Shown here: positions 17,920-28,008 of the stretch, one piece after another
Layout: each line of letters opens with the position of its first letter
How positions within the stretch are numbered: the first letter of the stretch is position 1
Virus record (IMG/VR): IMGVR_UViG_3300034072_002243
Span: 1-50,070 of that record
Direction: 5' to 3' (one strand)
DNA length: 50,070 nucleotides
Source: a virus
Lineage: Duplodnaviria; Caudoviricetes
The notes under the pieces: generated by a model
What the model was told of the DNA's origin: nothing
Database searches by the model: none
What the model saw: the letters and a program-made list of their open reading frames with translations, nothing else
Program-made: the position numbers and the translations under genes

Positions 17920-19322
17920 GCACCCCACTGGAAGACGGTGCCGGCGATGCGGGCATCCTTGCCGCTGGCCGCAACGTGACGATAGACCATGCTCGATCCT
18001 GCTGGCTGGCCGGAGATGCTGGCGCTGCCATCATAGACAACGCTGCCGTCCATGAGCGTTTCAACCGGCTCCAGCGTTACTGCTGTCCAACTGACCCCGC
18101 CATCGCGACTGACGGAACTGACCAGATCGCTGTTGACTGCCACCGCCCCGCCGGTCTCTGGCGGCAGCAGGTGGAGGGCCAACCGGGCGAGCGACGGGTT
18201 GACGACATCCGAGGCAAAGGACACTGACCGTGCTGTGTAGCCCTGAAGCAGGCCTTCGAAGAACCGGGCCTCTATGACCTGCCAGAAATTGTTTGGCGCG
18301 TTGGACGTCGCCAGGACGCGCCACCACCGATGCGGACCAGCGGTTTCCGGAATGGTGATGGTGCTCACCCCGCTCGCTGACTGGTTGAGCGGCGCACCCG
18401 CGACAGCAGGCGTCCAGCTCGACCCGTTGTCGGAATACTGGACAGCGACCTGTGTCGGCCGGTCTCCGGACGATGATGCGCTGTTGACAATCTCGACCCG
18501 TGCCAGCAACCGCGCAGACGCGAAGATCTGGCCGATCCAGGCCGAACCGCTGATGGCCCCATTCGGCGAGTTCCAACTCGTTGAGGTCGACCCATCGAAT
18601 GCAGCTGTCGCCGGGTTTGTACCGCTGGCCTCGCCCGATGCGATGGCTTGAGCAGGCGTTGCAATGCTCGCCCCCGCCACGACCAAAGACCGGATAAATC
18701 CACCTGCAACCGACGGCACGGATGCCAGATCACTGGCGTCCGTGTAGGGGTCGACGATGCCGTCGGCCATTCCCATCCTGTCGCCGCGCAGCTCGGCGAT
18801 CGTCAGGGCGAGCATGCGGATTTGTCGAGACAAAGCGCTGACCGCCGCTTGCCGTTGTACCGCCTCAGCTTCGACGGCGCTTGAGCGGGCAGCCGTTTCG
18901 GCCGAGATAGCAGCTGACAGCGTGGTGTTGAGTGTGCTGATGGTGGTCACCAGCCCGGCGAGCGCGGCCTGGACGTTCGTTCCCGTCAGCCCGGGGATAG
19001 GGCTGACGGGGACACTCTCGGCAAGAATTCCGCGCTGCTCGAGATCCTCAAGCAGCGCGACTGCTTCAGCTGTCGCAGCCTGGATTGCAACGAGCTGGGT
19101 TTGCGCCTCGGTGATGAGCGGCAGCAAAAGCGCATTCAGGCGAGCCAGACCCAGTTGCCCGATCTCGGCTGCCAACGCCTGAAAGTTGAATGCGAGCTGT
19201 TCGACTGCGTTCAGGCGCTGGTGAATTGACAGAAACCTGCTGTTCAGCTGATCGGCATCCAGCCGCGTGATCCCGTCGCGAAACCGGTACTCCCTGTCGA
19301 AGTCGACAGACGGGGCGCTCAT
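17916..19322 (-). CDS. Tail fibre/receptor-binding protein with a discoidin (F5/8 type C)-like domain
   Basis: Coiled-coil N-terminus; AFDGSTSTSW, VQYSDNGSSW and HRWWRV motifs. Confidence 0.75.
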   Translation of the reverse strand: MSAPSVDFDREYRFRDGITRLDADQLNSRFLSIHQRLNAVEQLAFNFQALAAEIGQLGLARLNALLLPLITEAQTQLVAIQAATAEAVALLEDLEQRGILAESVPVSPIPGLTGTNVQAALAGLVTTISTLNTTLSAAISAETAARSSAVEAEAVQRQAAVSALSRQIRMLALTIAELRGDRMGMADGIVDPYTDASDLASVPSVAGGFIRSLVVAGASIATPAQAIASGEASGTNPATAAFDGSTSTSWNSPNGAISGSAWIGQIFASARLLARVEIVNSASSSGDRPTQVAVQYSDNGSSWTPAVAGAPLNQSASGVSTITIPETAGPHRWWRVLATSNAPNNFWQVIEARFFEGLLQGYTARSVSFASDVVNPSLARLALHLLPPETGGAVAVNSDLVSSVSRDGGVSWTAVTLEPVETLMDGSVVYDGSASISGQPAGSSMVYRHVAASGKDARIAGTVFQWGA

Positions 19323-19561
19323 GCCCCGCCTCCGGTCGCGTCCTGCCGCTCCCGCCCTTCCGGCGGGATGACGCAGGCGCCAGGCTCGCGCGGTGTGTAG
19401 AGCACCGCCTCGAGGACATCCTCGCGGATCTCCTCGAGCGCCGCGCCCAGCAGCCGGGCGGGCACGTTCGGGCGCAGGATGACGCCCGGACCGCGCGGGA
19501 TGACCCGGCGCACGCGCACCATATAGACGGCGGCCGGGTCAATCGTTTCAGGGATGGTCAT
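19319..19561 (-). CDS. Hypothetical tail protein
   Basis: 80 aa, GAGGAG RBS, ATGA-coupled to the fibre gene. Confidence 0.6.
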   Translation of the reverse strand: MTIPETIDPAAVYMVRVRRVIPRGPGVILRPNVPARLLGAALEEIREDVLEAVLYTPREPGACVIPPEGRERQDATGGGA

Positions 19562-19575
19562 GGCGTGTTGTCTCC

Positions 19576-21864
19576 TCAGAGAGCCTGCTGAAACAGCGCG
19601 GCGCCGTGATAGGTCGCGACCGCGCTGTTGGTGACGCCGTCAACCCGGATCCGGTAGGTCCGCGTCGGCGCCGCCAGGTTGAAGACGCATTTGAAGGTGA
19701 AGGCCTTCGGATCGAAGGGATCCGGCTCGACGACGACACTGTCTGCCGTCTCGACCGTTTCACCGGCCCCGGCGAGCAGGCTGATCGTGCAATCGTGGAT
19801 CGCTTCGTTGTAGGCCTCCACGCGCAGGTCAACCTGCACCTGCGTCGTGGTGATGCCCGCGCCGAGATCGAACAGCTGCGAGATCCAGCGGAAATCCGTG
19901 CGTGGCCGCCAGGTGTTGTACTGGCTGAGCCCCACATCAAGCCCCGGCATGTCATCGGTAGACCCGAGGAACACCGCCCGAAGCTGCAGCAAGGCCGGCA
20001 GACCGAGCAGCGGCGTGGCACTGTTCTCCCCGCCGATGGTGTCCACCGGGTACCAGATGCCGTCCTTCTTGTACTCCCAGACCAGCTTGGTCGACTGCGG
20101 CGTTGCGCCAACGGTCAAAAACTTGACGTTGGCGATGCCGTTCTCAAGTTCCAGTGCCTCAAAGTCGACTTCGATCCGGGTACGGTCAAACTTGGCAAAG
20201 CCGACCTCGAAGGCCATGTCCCGGTTGAGATCACCCTGGAACCAGGCCTGATCCGTCGAGTGGAACAGCGTACCTTCGGCAAACTTGTTGCCGGAGATCG
20301 TCGCGATGTGGTGATTGCCGCCGGTGATCAGAACAATGCCATAGCGCCGTCCGGGCGCCAGATGCGTCGGCAGGAAATCGACACGGGTCGCCTGAGGCCA
20401 GGCGCGCAGGTTTGCGGCTGGAACAGTGACCTTTGCCAGCGTCTTCTCAGGCGCCGGGCTGCCGCTCGGTGTGATCTCCGTGATCAGCACATGCACGTCA
20501 CCGGACGTGTCGACCCGGTTGAAGAACAGGTTGACATAGATCATCCAGCCGGCATTGGCATTCAGGAAGGTCTGACCGATGACCGAGCCGTTGAGGCCCT
20601 CGGTGATGGTCTGTGCTTCCCAGTAGGTCTCGGTCCAGCTGTCGGTCCAGACCTGCTGCAGCCGTACCTCGAGGTGATCGCCTGCCTCGTTGTTGTTCGG
20701 ATCGAAGTCGCGGCCCGTGAACTCGACATTGAAGGTCTCGCCGTCGCGCCGCAACGTCTGGCTGATCGCATCATAGGTGCCGTTATAGAACTCCGCCCTG
20801 TTGGTGCAGGTGGTGTAGCTCGGGCCATAACGGGTGGCCGAGCGGCTGATCGACTTTTTGACCTGGATGGTGGTCTGGTGCTGAAACTGGCTGATCGACA
20901 GCTCGCCGTCATTGCCGACGACCGATATCCGGGTGTTGTCGGTATGGGCCGGCAGCACGAAGCTTCCCGACCGGCGCAGCTTGGGGTCAGCCGGGTTGAG
21001 CGGCCGCAGCAACGCAATCCGCTCCTGGGCGGCCGGGAACCGGATTCCCTCCTCGACGCGAGCCAACCACAGCGGATGCGTAGGCGCAGACCCGGAATTG
21101 TTCAGGAAATAGTCGAAGCTGTAGCTTTGCGCGAGATCGGACAGGCCTTCTCGCCGCTTCAGCCGCGAAATGTCACGGATCATCCGGCGATGGATGTGCG
21201 GGCTGATGATGCCCTGCGTCCGCTGCGTCAGGTCGGCGATGTCGGTGGCCAAGCTGTCGATCCGGGCGCCGGCGTTCTCGCGGAAGCCTTCCAGCGCAAT
21301 GATGTCGCTGCGCAGCTCTTCCATCGACCGCAGCTTGTTGGCCGTCAGCATGGTGATCGTCACCACACCGGACGGGCTCAGCAGCACATCGGCGCAGGCA
21401 ACCGCACCCGGAGCAATGACGGCACGGACCGGATTGACGGCCTCAGCCCCATAGATGACCTCGACCGTCATGGTCCGGCGGCGCTCGCGCGGCGCCGTGC
21501 GGGCTTCCGCCGCGCCGGTCGTCTCGTCGATGATGTAGTCGCGCGGCTGCAGATCCGTGTCGATCTCCTGGCCGGCGAGCACGACGGTCGCGATCCGCGT
21601 GAGCGTCAGCGGCAGGTTGGACGTCAGGGTGAATTCGGTGTCGGTGGTCCGCTCGAAGGTCTTGCCAGCCACCCGGACACGGCCCGGGGCAACGTTGATG
21701 ACCGCCGCACCGTTCTGCGTCACGTTGGCGCCGGAAAAGAAATTGCCCGAACCGACAGCGTCCTGGACAACAGCGTCAACGGCAGCTTGCGCGAACTTGC
21801 CGATCTTCGTGAGGTCACCGCCGGTAACCTCCTGATACTCTTCCACAAGCACGAGGCTGGACAT
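19576..21864 (-). CDS. Large baseplate/tail fibre protein
   Basis: 762 aa directly after the gpI-like gene (TAATG overlap). Confidence 0.7.
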   Translation of the reverse strand: MSSLVLVEEYQEVTGGDLTKIGKFAQAAVDAVVQDAVGSGNFFSGANVTQNGAAVINVAPGRVRVAGKTFERTTDTEFTLTSNLPLTLTRIATVVLAGQEIDTDLQPRDYIIDETTGAAEARTAPRERRRTMTVEVIYGAEAVNPVRAVIAPGAVACADVLLSPSGVVTITMLTANKLRSMEELRSDIIALEGFRENAGARIDSLATDIADLTQRTQGIISPHIHRRMIRDISRLKRREGLSDLAQSYSFDYFLNNSGSAPTHPLWLARVEEGIRFPAAQERIALLRPLNPADPKLRRSGSFVLPAHTDNTRISVVGNDGELSISQFQHQTTIQVKKSISRSATRYGPSYTTCTNRAEFYNGTYDAISQTLRRDGETFNVEFTGRDFDPNNNEAGDHLEVRLQQVWTDSWTETYWEAQTITEGLNGSVIGQTFLNANAGWMIYVNLFFNRVDTSGDVHVLITEITPSGSPAPEKTLAKVTVPAANLRAWPQATRVDFLPTHLAPGRRYGIVLITGGNHHIATISGNKFAEGTLFHSTDQAWFQGDLNRDMAFEVGFAKFDRTRIEVDFEALELENGIANVKFLTVGATPQSTKLVWEYKKDGIWYPVDTIGGENSATPLLGLPALLQLRAVFLGSTDDMPGLDVGLSQYNTWRPRTDFRWISQLFDLGAGITTTQVQVDLRVEAYNEAIHDCTISLLAGAGETVETADSVVVEPDPFDPKAFTFKCVFNLAAPTRTYRIRVDGVTNSAVATYHGAALFQQAL

Positions 21865-23123
21865 TATCGGGTCTCCACTTGCGCGCCGCAAATCACGTCA
21901 CCGCAGAGCTGGGAGAACCCCGCGCGGACGACCTGCGTGCAATTGATGTTGAGATAGATCTGATCGCGCAGCGACTTGGCCGCTGCGGTCGCCTCAAGGA
22001 TCTCTGCGAGTGCTGCCTGCTCGCCGGGATAGGCGTGCCCGGCACCGGCAAAGCCGCCGGCGTAGAGCTTGCGGGCCCGTGCCGGCTTGCTGATGCGGAC
22101 CTTGACGTCCGCCGTGTAGGCCGGCTGGCCGAGGCGGGTGACGCTCGAGAAGAACCGGCCGCGCCGTGGCGGCACATGCCGGCCCGGCACATAGAGCCAG
22201 ACCGTGTCATAGATCCGCAGGAACGCCGACGACGGCATGATGTGGCGGCCTGCCCCGGCATGCGACGCACCGGCGAAGAACTTGAACCGCGACACTGTCC
22301 CGGTGCCCGCCCCTTCGACGGGCGTGGGGTCAATCGGCGTGAGACCCGGCGAAACTGTCAGACGCCGCCTGTCACCACGGATTGCGCCATACGCCACAGA
22401 CTGCTGCAGGGTGATGGTCGATGCACGAACACCGCCGCCAGCGAACCGACGCCGCCGGGCAACTCCAGCCGCCAGGGCGAAGGGCTTGAAGACCTGTAGC
22501 TGGATCACCTCCTCACGGACGGCGATCCTGTCGTCCTCGACCGCCGTGACCACAGTCACGGACAATTCGGTCTCGATTCCTCTGTCGTTGAGGAATGCCC
22601 GTCGCCCTGCCCTGTTCTCGGCGGTCGAGGGGACGAGCGCGGCCGCATGCGGGCCTCGCGTCACCCCGGCATGCGACGCACCGGCGAAGAATGTGCGCGG
22701 GCGCGAGGCCTTGCCGCGAAACGGATAGATGCGCAGCTCCGGATAATGCTTGAGCCATGCCGCCCGGTCCGATGCGGTAAAGTCTGCGCCGACATAAGCC
22801 GTCGAGGGCGGACGCTCAAACCGCAGCACCTCGCCACCGGCGCAGTTGATCATCTCGCTGAGGGCCGCTGGCGAGCCTTTTAGCTTGTGCAGCTGTAGGG
22901 ACCGAGCCACCGCCCGCCGTTGTTCGCTCTCTCCCCAGCTGCGCAGCCAGACGTCAACCGACAGGCCTTGCGCGAGGAATGGCAGGAAGGTGGCCGGAAC
23001 CGTCTGCGGATCGACCAGGCTCTCGATAGGGGCCTGGATGGAGACGCTGCGGGCGGCGACCTGCTCGATCGCCCGCTCGAGCGGCGTGCTCTGCGGCGGC
23101 AGGATCGATGCCACGTCGCTCAT
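21864..23123 (-). CDS. P2 gpI-like baseplate protein with C-terminal extension
   Basis: SILPPQSTPLERAIE..FLPFLAQGLSVDVW..LHKLKGS. Confidence 0.85.
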   Translation of the reverse strand: MSDVASILPPQSTPLERAIEQVAARSVSIQAPIESLVDPQTVPATFLPFLAQGLSVDVWLRSWGESEQRRAVARSLQLHKLKGSPAALSEMINCAGGEVLRFERPPSTAYVGADFTASDRAAWLKHYPELRIYPFRGKASRPRTFFAGASHAGVTRGPHAAALVPSTAENRAGRRAFLNDRGIETELSVTVVTAVEDDRIAVREEVIQLQVFKPFALAAGVARRRRFAGGGVRASTITLQQSVAYGAIRGDRRRLTVSPGLTPIDPTPVEGAGTGTVSRFKFFAGASHAGAGRHIMPSSAFLRIYDTVWLYVPGRHVPPRRGRFFSSVTRLGQPAYTADVKVRISKPARARKLYAGGFAGAGHAYPGEQAALAEILEATAAAKSLRDQIYLNINCTQVVRAGFSQLCGDVICGAQVETR

Positions 23124-24001
23124 TACCGGACCTCAATGTCGAGAGTAGCGGACTGCAGCCGGGCGATCTGGCTACCCGACGTCACAACGTCGCCGGCGGG
23201 CGCGCTCCGGATCACGGTCTCGACGCCCGGCACCTTCAGGGCCGCGTCGATGCCGACGCTGTAGACTGTCTGTGCAATGCGATCCCGGCTCGCGGCATAG
23301 TCGAGCAACGCCGACATCGCCTCCTGCCGGATCGTTTCCGGGTCAGGACCGCGCGGAATGACCAGCCGTGCGGCAACGCTGTAGGGGATGACGTCAGCGC
23401 GCCGGACCGACACGCTGTCTGTCAGCGGCGTCTTGTCTTCGAAGGCAAAGAGGTCGATCAGACGGGCAATGACCGCATCCGGAACCTCTTGCCCCGGCAG
23501 CGCGGCAAGAACCACCTCGACCCGGCCCGGCGCTTTCTGCCAGGCCCAGCAATCGTGCACGGACGGGTCGATTGTCAGCCCGTGAAAGATGTAGGCGCCG
23601 CGCGGGCCGCCCATCGAAAACGCCTCGGGAGCGTACTGAAGCCGACGACGAAAACGCTCGTCAGGCTCCATCTCCTGCGTGCCGTCGGGCAGGGTCCGCA
23701 CGACCAGGCGCACAATCCCGAACAGGGCGCCGAGATGGTCGAGGTCCGGGCCGCGAGCGAAAGCCAGCATCGTTGCCCGGGCCGCATCGTTAATGCGCGC
23801 CCTGAGCAGGGTCTCGCGGTAGGAGAACACCTCAAGCAGCATCGTGACCGGACTGCCCTCGAGGGCAGTCAGGTCATAGTCCGGCCAGCGTGCGACCAGG
23901 TCGGCCTTCAGCTCGGACAGGATCTGCTGATAGGACAGAACCTCGACAAGCGCCGGCGGCGGCAGCCGCGACAAGTCAACCGCTGTCGGCGCATAGGTCA
24001 T
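23123..24001 (-). CDS. Baseplate J-like protein
   Basis: VDLSRLPPPALVE..YRETLLRARINDAARATMLAFA..DLDHLGA. Confidence 0.92.
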   Translation of the reverse strand: MTYAPTAVDLSRLPPPALVEVLSYQQILSELKADLVARWPDYDLTALEGSPVTMLLEVFSYRETLLRARINDAARATMLAFARGPDLDHLGALFGIVRLVVRTLPDGTQEMEPDERFRRRLQYAPEAFSMGGPRGAYIFHGLTIDPSVHDCWAWQKAPGRVEVVLAALPGQEVPDAVIARLIDLFAFEDKTPLTDSVSVRRADVIPYSVAARLVIPRGPDPETIRQEAMSALLDYAASRDRIAQTVYSVGIDAALKVPGVETVIRSAPAGDVVTSGSQIARLQSATLDIEVR

Positions 24002-24390
24002 GACGTTATCCTGAATTGTCCGGATTGCAGTCCGGCCACGAGCCGGAGCGAGCGGTCGACACGCATGTCGCCCTGATAGGCGCGCGGCCTGTAATCCGCC
24101 TCGATGACGAGACCGGCATGGCCGCGTCGCAGCGCTTCGGCGCTGCCGGTGACAGATACCCGCCGCACCTTGAGCCGCTTTTCCCAGAGATCGATTGCCG
24201 TGCCGATGAGCTGCCGCCAGGCCAAGAACAGCGGCGGTGTCAGCGCCCGGCCGAGCAGCTCGGCAACGCCCCCGCCATACTGGCGCACCATCACGCGGCT
24301 GCCGATCGGGGTGGACAGGAGGATCTCGACGGACTGGTAAACAGACTCCAGATTGTCGATCGGGCGCCCGGTCCAGCGGTCCATGTCCAT
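23998..24390 (-). CDS. Baseplate wedge protein GpW/gp25
   Basis: MDRWTGRP..QSVEILLSTPIGSRVMVRQYG..WEKRL. Confidence 0.9.
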   Translation of the reverse strand: MDMDRWTGRPIDNLESVYQSVEILLSTPIGSRVMVRQYGGGVAELLGRALTPPLFLAWRQLIGTAIDLWEKRLKVRRVSVTGSAEALRRGHAGLVIEADYRPRAYQGDMRVDRSLRLVAGLQSGQFRITS

Positions 24391-24572
24391 CAGCCGCTAG
24401 CCTCCGAGGCAGCCTTCGCGTCCCGCTTCGGCATGGCGACAGGCTCGATCCGCCCGAGCGCGAGGTCATATGCAGCCTCGCCATCGGAGAGGCGCACCTG
24501 CCGGTTCGCAGGCACAGGGGCACCGTTCACGTGGCCGATCCCCTCGGCCACGCGGTAAATTTTCTGCTGCAT
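24390..24572 (-). CDS. Small hypothetical protein
   Basis: 60 aa with AGGAG RBS. Confidence 0.65.
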   Translation of the reverse strand: MQQKIYRVAEGIGHVNGAPVPANRQVRLSDGEAAYDLALGRIEPVAMPKRDAKAASEASG

Positions 24573-24582
24573 GATTGGTCTC

Positions 24583-25095
24583 CTAACCGACCGGGACGTC
24601 GGTAATCGCGCCACCCGGCGTGATGCCGCCGTGCTTGTGCGTGTCGCCGGTGTCTGTCCCGTTGTGGCGGACGTGACCGCCCTCGAAGTCGACGTTGCCC
24701 TGGACGAGCAAATCGCCCTTCAGTGTCACCTTGCCGTCCTTGATCGAGATCTCGACACCGAAGGCCTTCAGGACATTCGCTGCCATATCCGTGCTTGGTG
24801 GACCGTTACCGCCGAAGCCGCCCCGCAGCAGCACGCCCTGACGCGGATCGCCGCCGGGGTTGATGACCCCGACGATCTGGCCAACTGACAAAGGCATCCA
24901 GCTCTCTGTCTGACCGCCGCTTTCCGGGTGCGGGTACCAGGGTGAAAGGAACGGCCCATCGGCCCCTTCACCCAGCTTGAGGCGATAGCCCTTCTGGGCA
25001 TCAACCTCGTGCACTGCCCCGACACGCAAGCTGCGCCCGAATGCCGACTTCAGCATCTCGATGTCGGTCCGCATGCCGAGGAAAAGCTCATACAT
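24583..25095 (-). CDS. Baseplate spike GpV
   Basis: OB-fold-like N-terminus; C-terminal HxH iron-binding motif THKHGG. Confidence 0.88.
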   Translation of the reverse strand: MYELFLGMRTDIEMLKSAFGRSLRVGAVHEVDAQKGYRLKLGEGADGPFLSPWYPHPESGGQTESWMPLSVGQIVGVINPGGDPRQGVLLRGGFGGNGPPSTDMAANVLKAFGVEISIKDGKVTLKGDLLVQGNVDFEGGHVRHNGTDTGDTHKHGGITPGGAITDVPVG

Positions 25096-25894
25096 CGCCG
25101 ACCTCCGCCGCCGGACGTCCGCCGACCGCGATCTCGATGCCCGCCAGCTCATCACCGATCATGTCGACCCCGAACGCACTGACCGCCTCATCGCCCGTCA
25201 GGCCGAGCTTGCGGCTCACAACTGACGCTGCCGATGCAGGACCAACGATAAGATCTTGCAGAACTCCAACCAGCTCCGCTTCCTCCGACCCCAGAGCTGC
25301 ATATCGCTCAAAGAAGCGGGCCAATGGAACCTTCGGGTCAAGATCGTCTTCGTCGACCGGATCAGGCAGGAGGCTGCACGAGATCGCAATCTGATGCGCT
25401 GCAAAGCGCTGCCCGGTCTCAGCTGAAGCCAAGCATCTCCGCTCAATTTTTCTGACACTGGCGACGAGCCCGCGCCAGATCTCGGCAAACTCCCCGCTTC
25501 CATGCGAAAGAGTTGAGAGGATCTGCCGGGACAGGATGTCGAGTACCACTTCAAAGCCGCCGGATGCGTCGGGAACACTCGGCACAACTACGTTTCGCAC
25601 GGCACCTGGGTTCTCGGGGTCTGGCTCAGTAACGACCATGGTGTCCGCAACACCCATTTGAAGGATGAGGACAGTATCTCCATTTTCGTTGAGGTCCCGG
25701 ACATGCTGAACGGTCGCCGTCGCCTGATCCGTGTAGATCGCAACAAACGGCTTGTTGCCGGACACAACGGTCCGACCGTACTCATCGACCGAAATTGCTC
25801 CGATCTCACTGTCAAGAACCGCGTCGCCAGCCAGTGTCTTGCCGCGCAATGCTTCGACGCAAGCCTTGCGCAGAGCGATCCGAACGATGCTCAT
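25088..25894 (-). CDS. Putative tail completion/neck protein
   Basis: 268 aa between head and baseplate genes. Confidence 0.6.
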   Translation of the reverse strand: MSIVRIALRKACVEALRGKTLAGDAVLDSEIGAISVDEYGRTVVSGNKPFVAIYTDQATATVQHVRDLNENGDTVLILQMGVADTMVVTEPDPENPGAVRNVVVPSVPDASGGFEVVLDILSRQILSTLSHGSGEFAEIWRGLVASVRKIERRCLASAETGQRFAAHQIAISCSLLPDPVDEDDLDPKVPLARFFERYAALGSEEAELVGVLQDLIVGPASAASVVSRKLGLTGDEAVSAFGVDMIGDELAGIEIAVGGRPAAEVGDV

Positions 25895-26265
25895 GCGTCA
25901 CCCAGTCTGATGATCAGTCGAAGATGAGAACGCACATCAATCGACAGGACGCGCCAACGTGGTTGCCCTGGACGATCCAGAGCAACCACGAAGTCACCAA
26001 CACGTAGATTGGCCGCTGCAGGCTCGTTCGGGGTCAACCGGAGCACTGCGCCCGATGCCAGCTGTGGCACAGTGAGCTGCTGGCCTCGTCCGCTAGAGGA
26101 CCGCGGCTCAAGCTTTTCCGACCGCAAAACACCGATGATCTCGACAGCCGGGCGCGTTGCGTCGGCGCGCGCGTTATCGATGTAGTCGAGACGAATGCGT
26201 TCCCCCCAGACAGCGTCGACACCTGCCCTAAGCTGCGACCGAAGACCCAGGAACGTGCTCATCAC
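25891..26265 (-). CDS. Putative head-tail joining protein
   Basis: 124 aa, position after the capsid genes. Confidence 0.6.
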   Translation of the reverse strand: MMSTFLGLRSQLRAGVDAVWGERIRLDYIDNARADATRPAVEIIGVLRSEKLEPRSSSGRGQQLTVPQLASGAVLRLTPNEPAAANLRVGDFVVALDRPGQPRWRVLSIDVRSHLRLIIRLGDA

Positions 26266-26534
26266 GTCTCAGCCGGCGGGGGGCTTTCAGGCCCTGGCGT
26301 CTGGTCCGCTTCCTTGCCATCGGCTTCCTTGCCATCGGTTTCCTTGCCATCGACAGCATAGGCAAACCGGTCATGGATCAGATGCTCGGCGTATTCGCGC
26401 CGCAGCTCGACCGGTTTATGCGGCTCCACGCGGAATGCTTCATCCGTGTCGCTTTCGCCTGCGGGAATGATCCCGCCATAGGTAAAGGCCACCGTGAGCG
26501 TCGAGGACGCCGGTGTTGTCTTCTTCTTGGACAT
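26262..26534 (-). CDS. Hypothetical protein following the major capsid gene
   Basis: GGAG RBS; 90 aa. Confidence 0.65.
   Translation of the reverse strand: MSKKKTTPASSTLTVAFTYGGIIPAGESDTDEAFRVEPHKPVELRREYAEHLIHDRFAYAVDGKETDGKEADGKEADQTPGPESPPPAET
26310..26354. repeat. Three tandem 15-bp repeats (DGKE[T/A])
   Basis: TTCCTTGCCATCGGC / TTCCTTGCCATCGGT / TTCCTTGCCATCGAC. Confidence 0.9.
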
Positions 26535-26545
26535 GCTGGTCTCCA

Positions 26546-26576
26546 GAAACGAGAAAGGCCCGGACATCCGGGCCAT
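26546..26576 (-). terminator. Probable terminator after the major capsid gene
   Basis: GGCCCGGA-TG-TCCGGGCC then TTTCTCGTTT. Confidence 0.55.
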
Positions 26577-26602
26577 TTCTCAGGGAGTTGCGGCTATCTG
26601 GA

Positions 26603-27616
26603 TCAGGTCAGCGTCAGGCGACGCAGGGCCTGCGGCATCGTGCAGAGCGAGATCGGATTGGACTGCACCTCGAAATGACGACCCTTGCCGTTCGACATCG
26701 CCCACTGCTTCATGTAGCGGGGCAGACCATTGGTGTTGACGGTCTCCTCATAGTCGGCCGGGGCGAACCGCGTGATGAACAGACCGGATACACCGCGCGG
26801 CGCAACCCGCGCCTCGTTGTCGGCGATGTAGGCCGCACCGGCATCTGTGGTGGCGCGGCGCCCGGTCTTGTAGCGCTCGAAGGTGAATTTTCCGACCTGG
26901 AACCGGTCCGGGACAGGACCGCGCAGCGCGGCCGCGCCTTCGGTCGCCAGGAACGTTTCGCGCAGGCGCGGATGGTTCCAGAGCTTCAGGTGAAAATCGC
27001 GCCCGGTCAGAACGTACAAGCCGTCGTAAAAGCTGTCGAGGCTGTCCTCGATCGACCAGCAGACGTCCTTCTCGAGGACCTCGTCAACCTTCGTCGAGTC
27101 CACGTCCAGCTCAAGGCTGATCGCAGCCGGCACCGCGATGCCGAATTTCGAGTAGAGGTCATGGAGGACCGTGCCGCTCTTGGCAGTAACGATCCCCTTC
27201 ATGGCGCCGACGCGGGTGAACTCCAGCGTCATGTCGAGGTCGGCCAGGTGCCGATCCATTTTCTTCATGACCCGGTCGGTCACCGTTTCCAGCTCCGAAT
27301 CTGTGCCGAAGGCACGGACGTTCTGGACCTCGTCCGCCATGACAGCGTCATCGCGCTGGTAGTGGTCAACCCGAAACGGGATCATGTCACGCGGGGTGCT
27401 GCCGGTCGTTTCGCCCGGGCCTCCGCGCGGGCTCGGCTCGACGAGACCGAGCATCGCGCCATCGCGTTCGATGGAAACGGTCGTCGTGTTGACACTGTCT
27501 TCCTCGAACAGGCCCATGGCACTGACCTGGCCAGGACGATACGGGCGCTCATTGACTGTTGCGGTCAGGGACTGCACCGAAAAGGCGTCGTCCTCGAAAA
27601 TGTTCAAAGTGGGCAT
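26603..27616 (-). CDS. Major capsid protein (lambda gpE-like)
   Basis: DAFSVQSLT..PRGGP..ADEVQNVRAFG..QSNPISLCT; TAAGGAGG RBS. Confidence 0.92.
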   Translation of the reverse strand: MPTLNIFEDDAFSVQSLTATVNERPYRPGQVSAMGLFEEDSVNTTTVSIERDGAMLGLVEPSPRGGPGETTGSTPRDMIPFRVDHYQRDDAVMADEVQNVRAFGTDSELETVTDRVMKKMDRHLADLDMTLEFTRVGAMKGIVTAKSGTVLHDLYSKFGIAVPAAISLELDVDSTKVDEVLEKDVCWSIEDSLDSFYDGLYVLTGRDFHLKLWNHPRLRETFLATEGAAALRGPVPDRFQVGKFTFERYKTGRRATTDAGAAYIADNEARVAPRGVSGLFITRFAPADYEETVNTNGLPRYMKQWAMSNGKGRHFEVQSNPISLCTMPQALRRLTLT

Positions 27617-27626
27617 TCGGACCTCC

Positions 27627-28007
27627 TTAACGGACCTTGATGCCAACGCCGGCCAGCTGTTCGGCCTTCGCCGTGCGCTTGGCCGCGTCGTTGACAGTTG
27701 CGTGGTAGGCGAGCTCCGGTGCCTTCACCTCGGCATCGGCATCGATGACCACGGCCTTGGCATCGGCACTGGTCGCATCGACGCGGTAGGCGAGGATCGC
27801 CCGCGCCACTTCGGCCCCCTCCTTGCCGGCGGTGCTCGCATTCGGCGAAGCGACCATCTTCTTGCTGGCCGTCACGCGGCCAAGCACCGTGCCCGGCTCA
27901 AGGATACCCTCGCCGCTGGCGACGGTGACCGTCTGGCGCGAGCGCGAGCCCGTTGCCTCGGTCAGGAGGAACGAAAGGTTGCGCCCACGTTCAGTCAGCG
28001 TTGTCAT
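27627..28007 (-). CDS. Head decoration protein (lambda gpD-like)
   Basis: SRQTVTVASG..PGTVLG..GIKVR; between protease and capsid genes. Confidence 0.85.
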   Translation of the reverse strand: MTTLTERGRNLSFLLTEATGSRSRQTVTVASGEGILEPGTVLGRVTASKKMVASPNASTAGKEGAEVARAILAYRVDATSADAKAVVIDADAEVKAPELAYHATVNDAAKRTAKAEQLAGVGIKVR

Positions 28008-28008
28008 G

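Noticed and set aside
6169-21864. Diversity-generating retroelement or invertible fibre segment
   Set aside because: No reverse transcriptase or invertase, and no template/variable repeat pair or inversion sites seen in the window.
19606-21957. Long + strand ORFs opposite late and replication genes (also 10124-11332, 16151-17290, 35586-37670)
   Set aside because: In-register shadows of single GC-rich genes, with no RBS, coupling or recognisable motifs.
26310-26354. 15-bp tandem repeat as a regulatory or phase-variable element
   Set aside because: In-frame low-complexity linker; copy-number change would not shift the frame.
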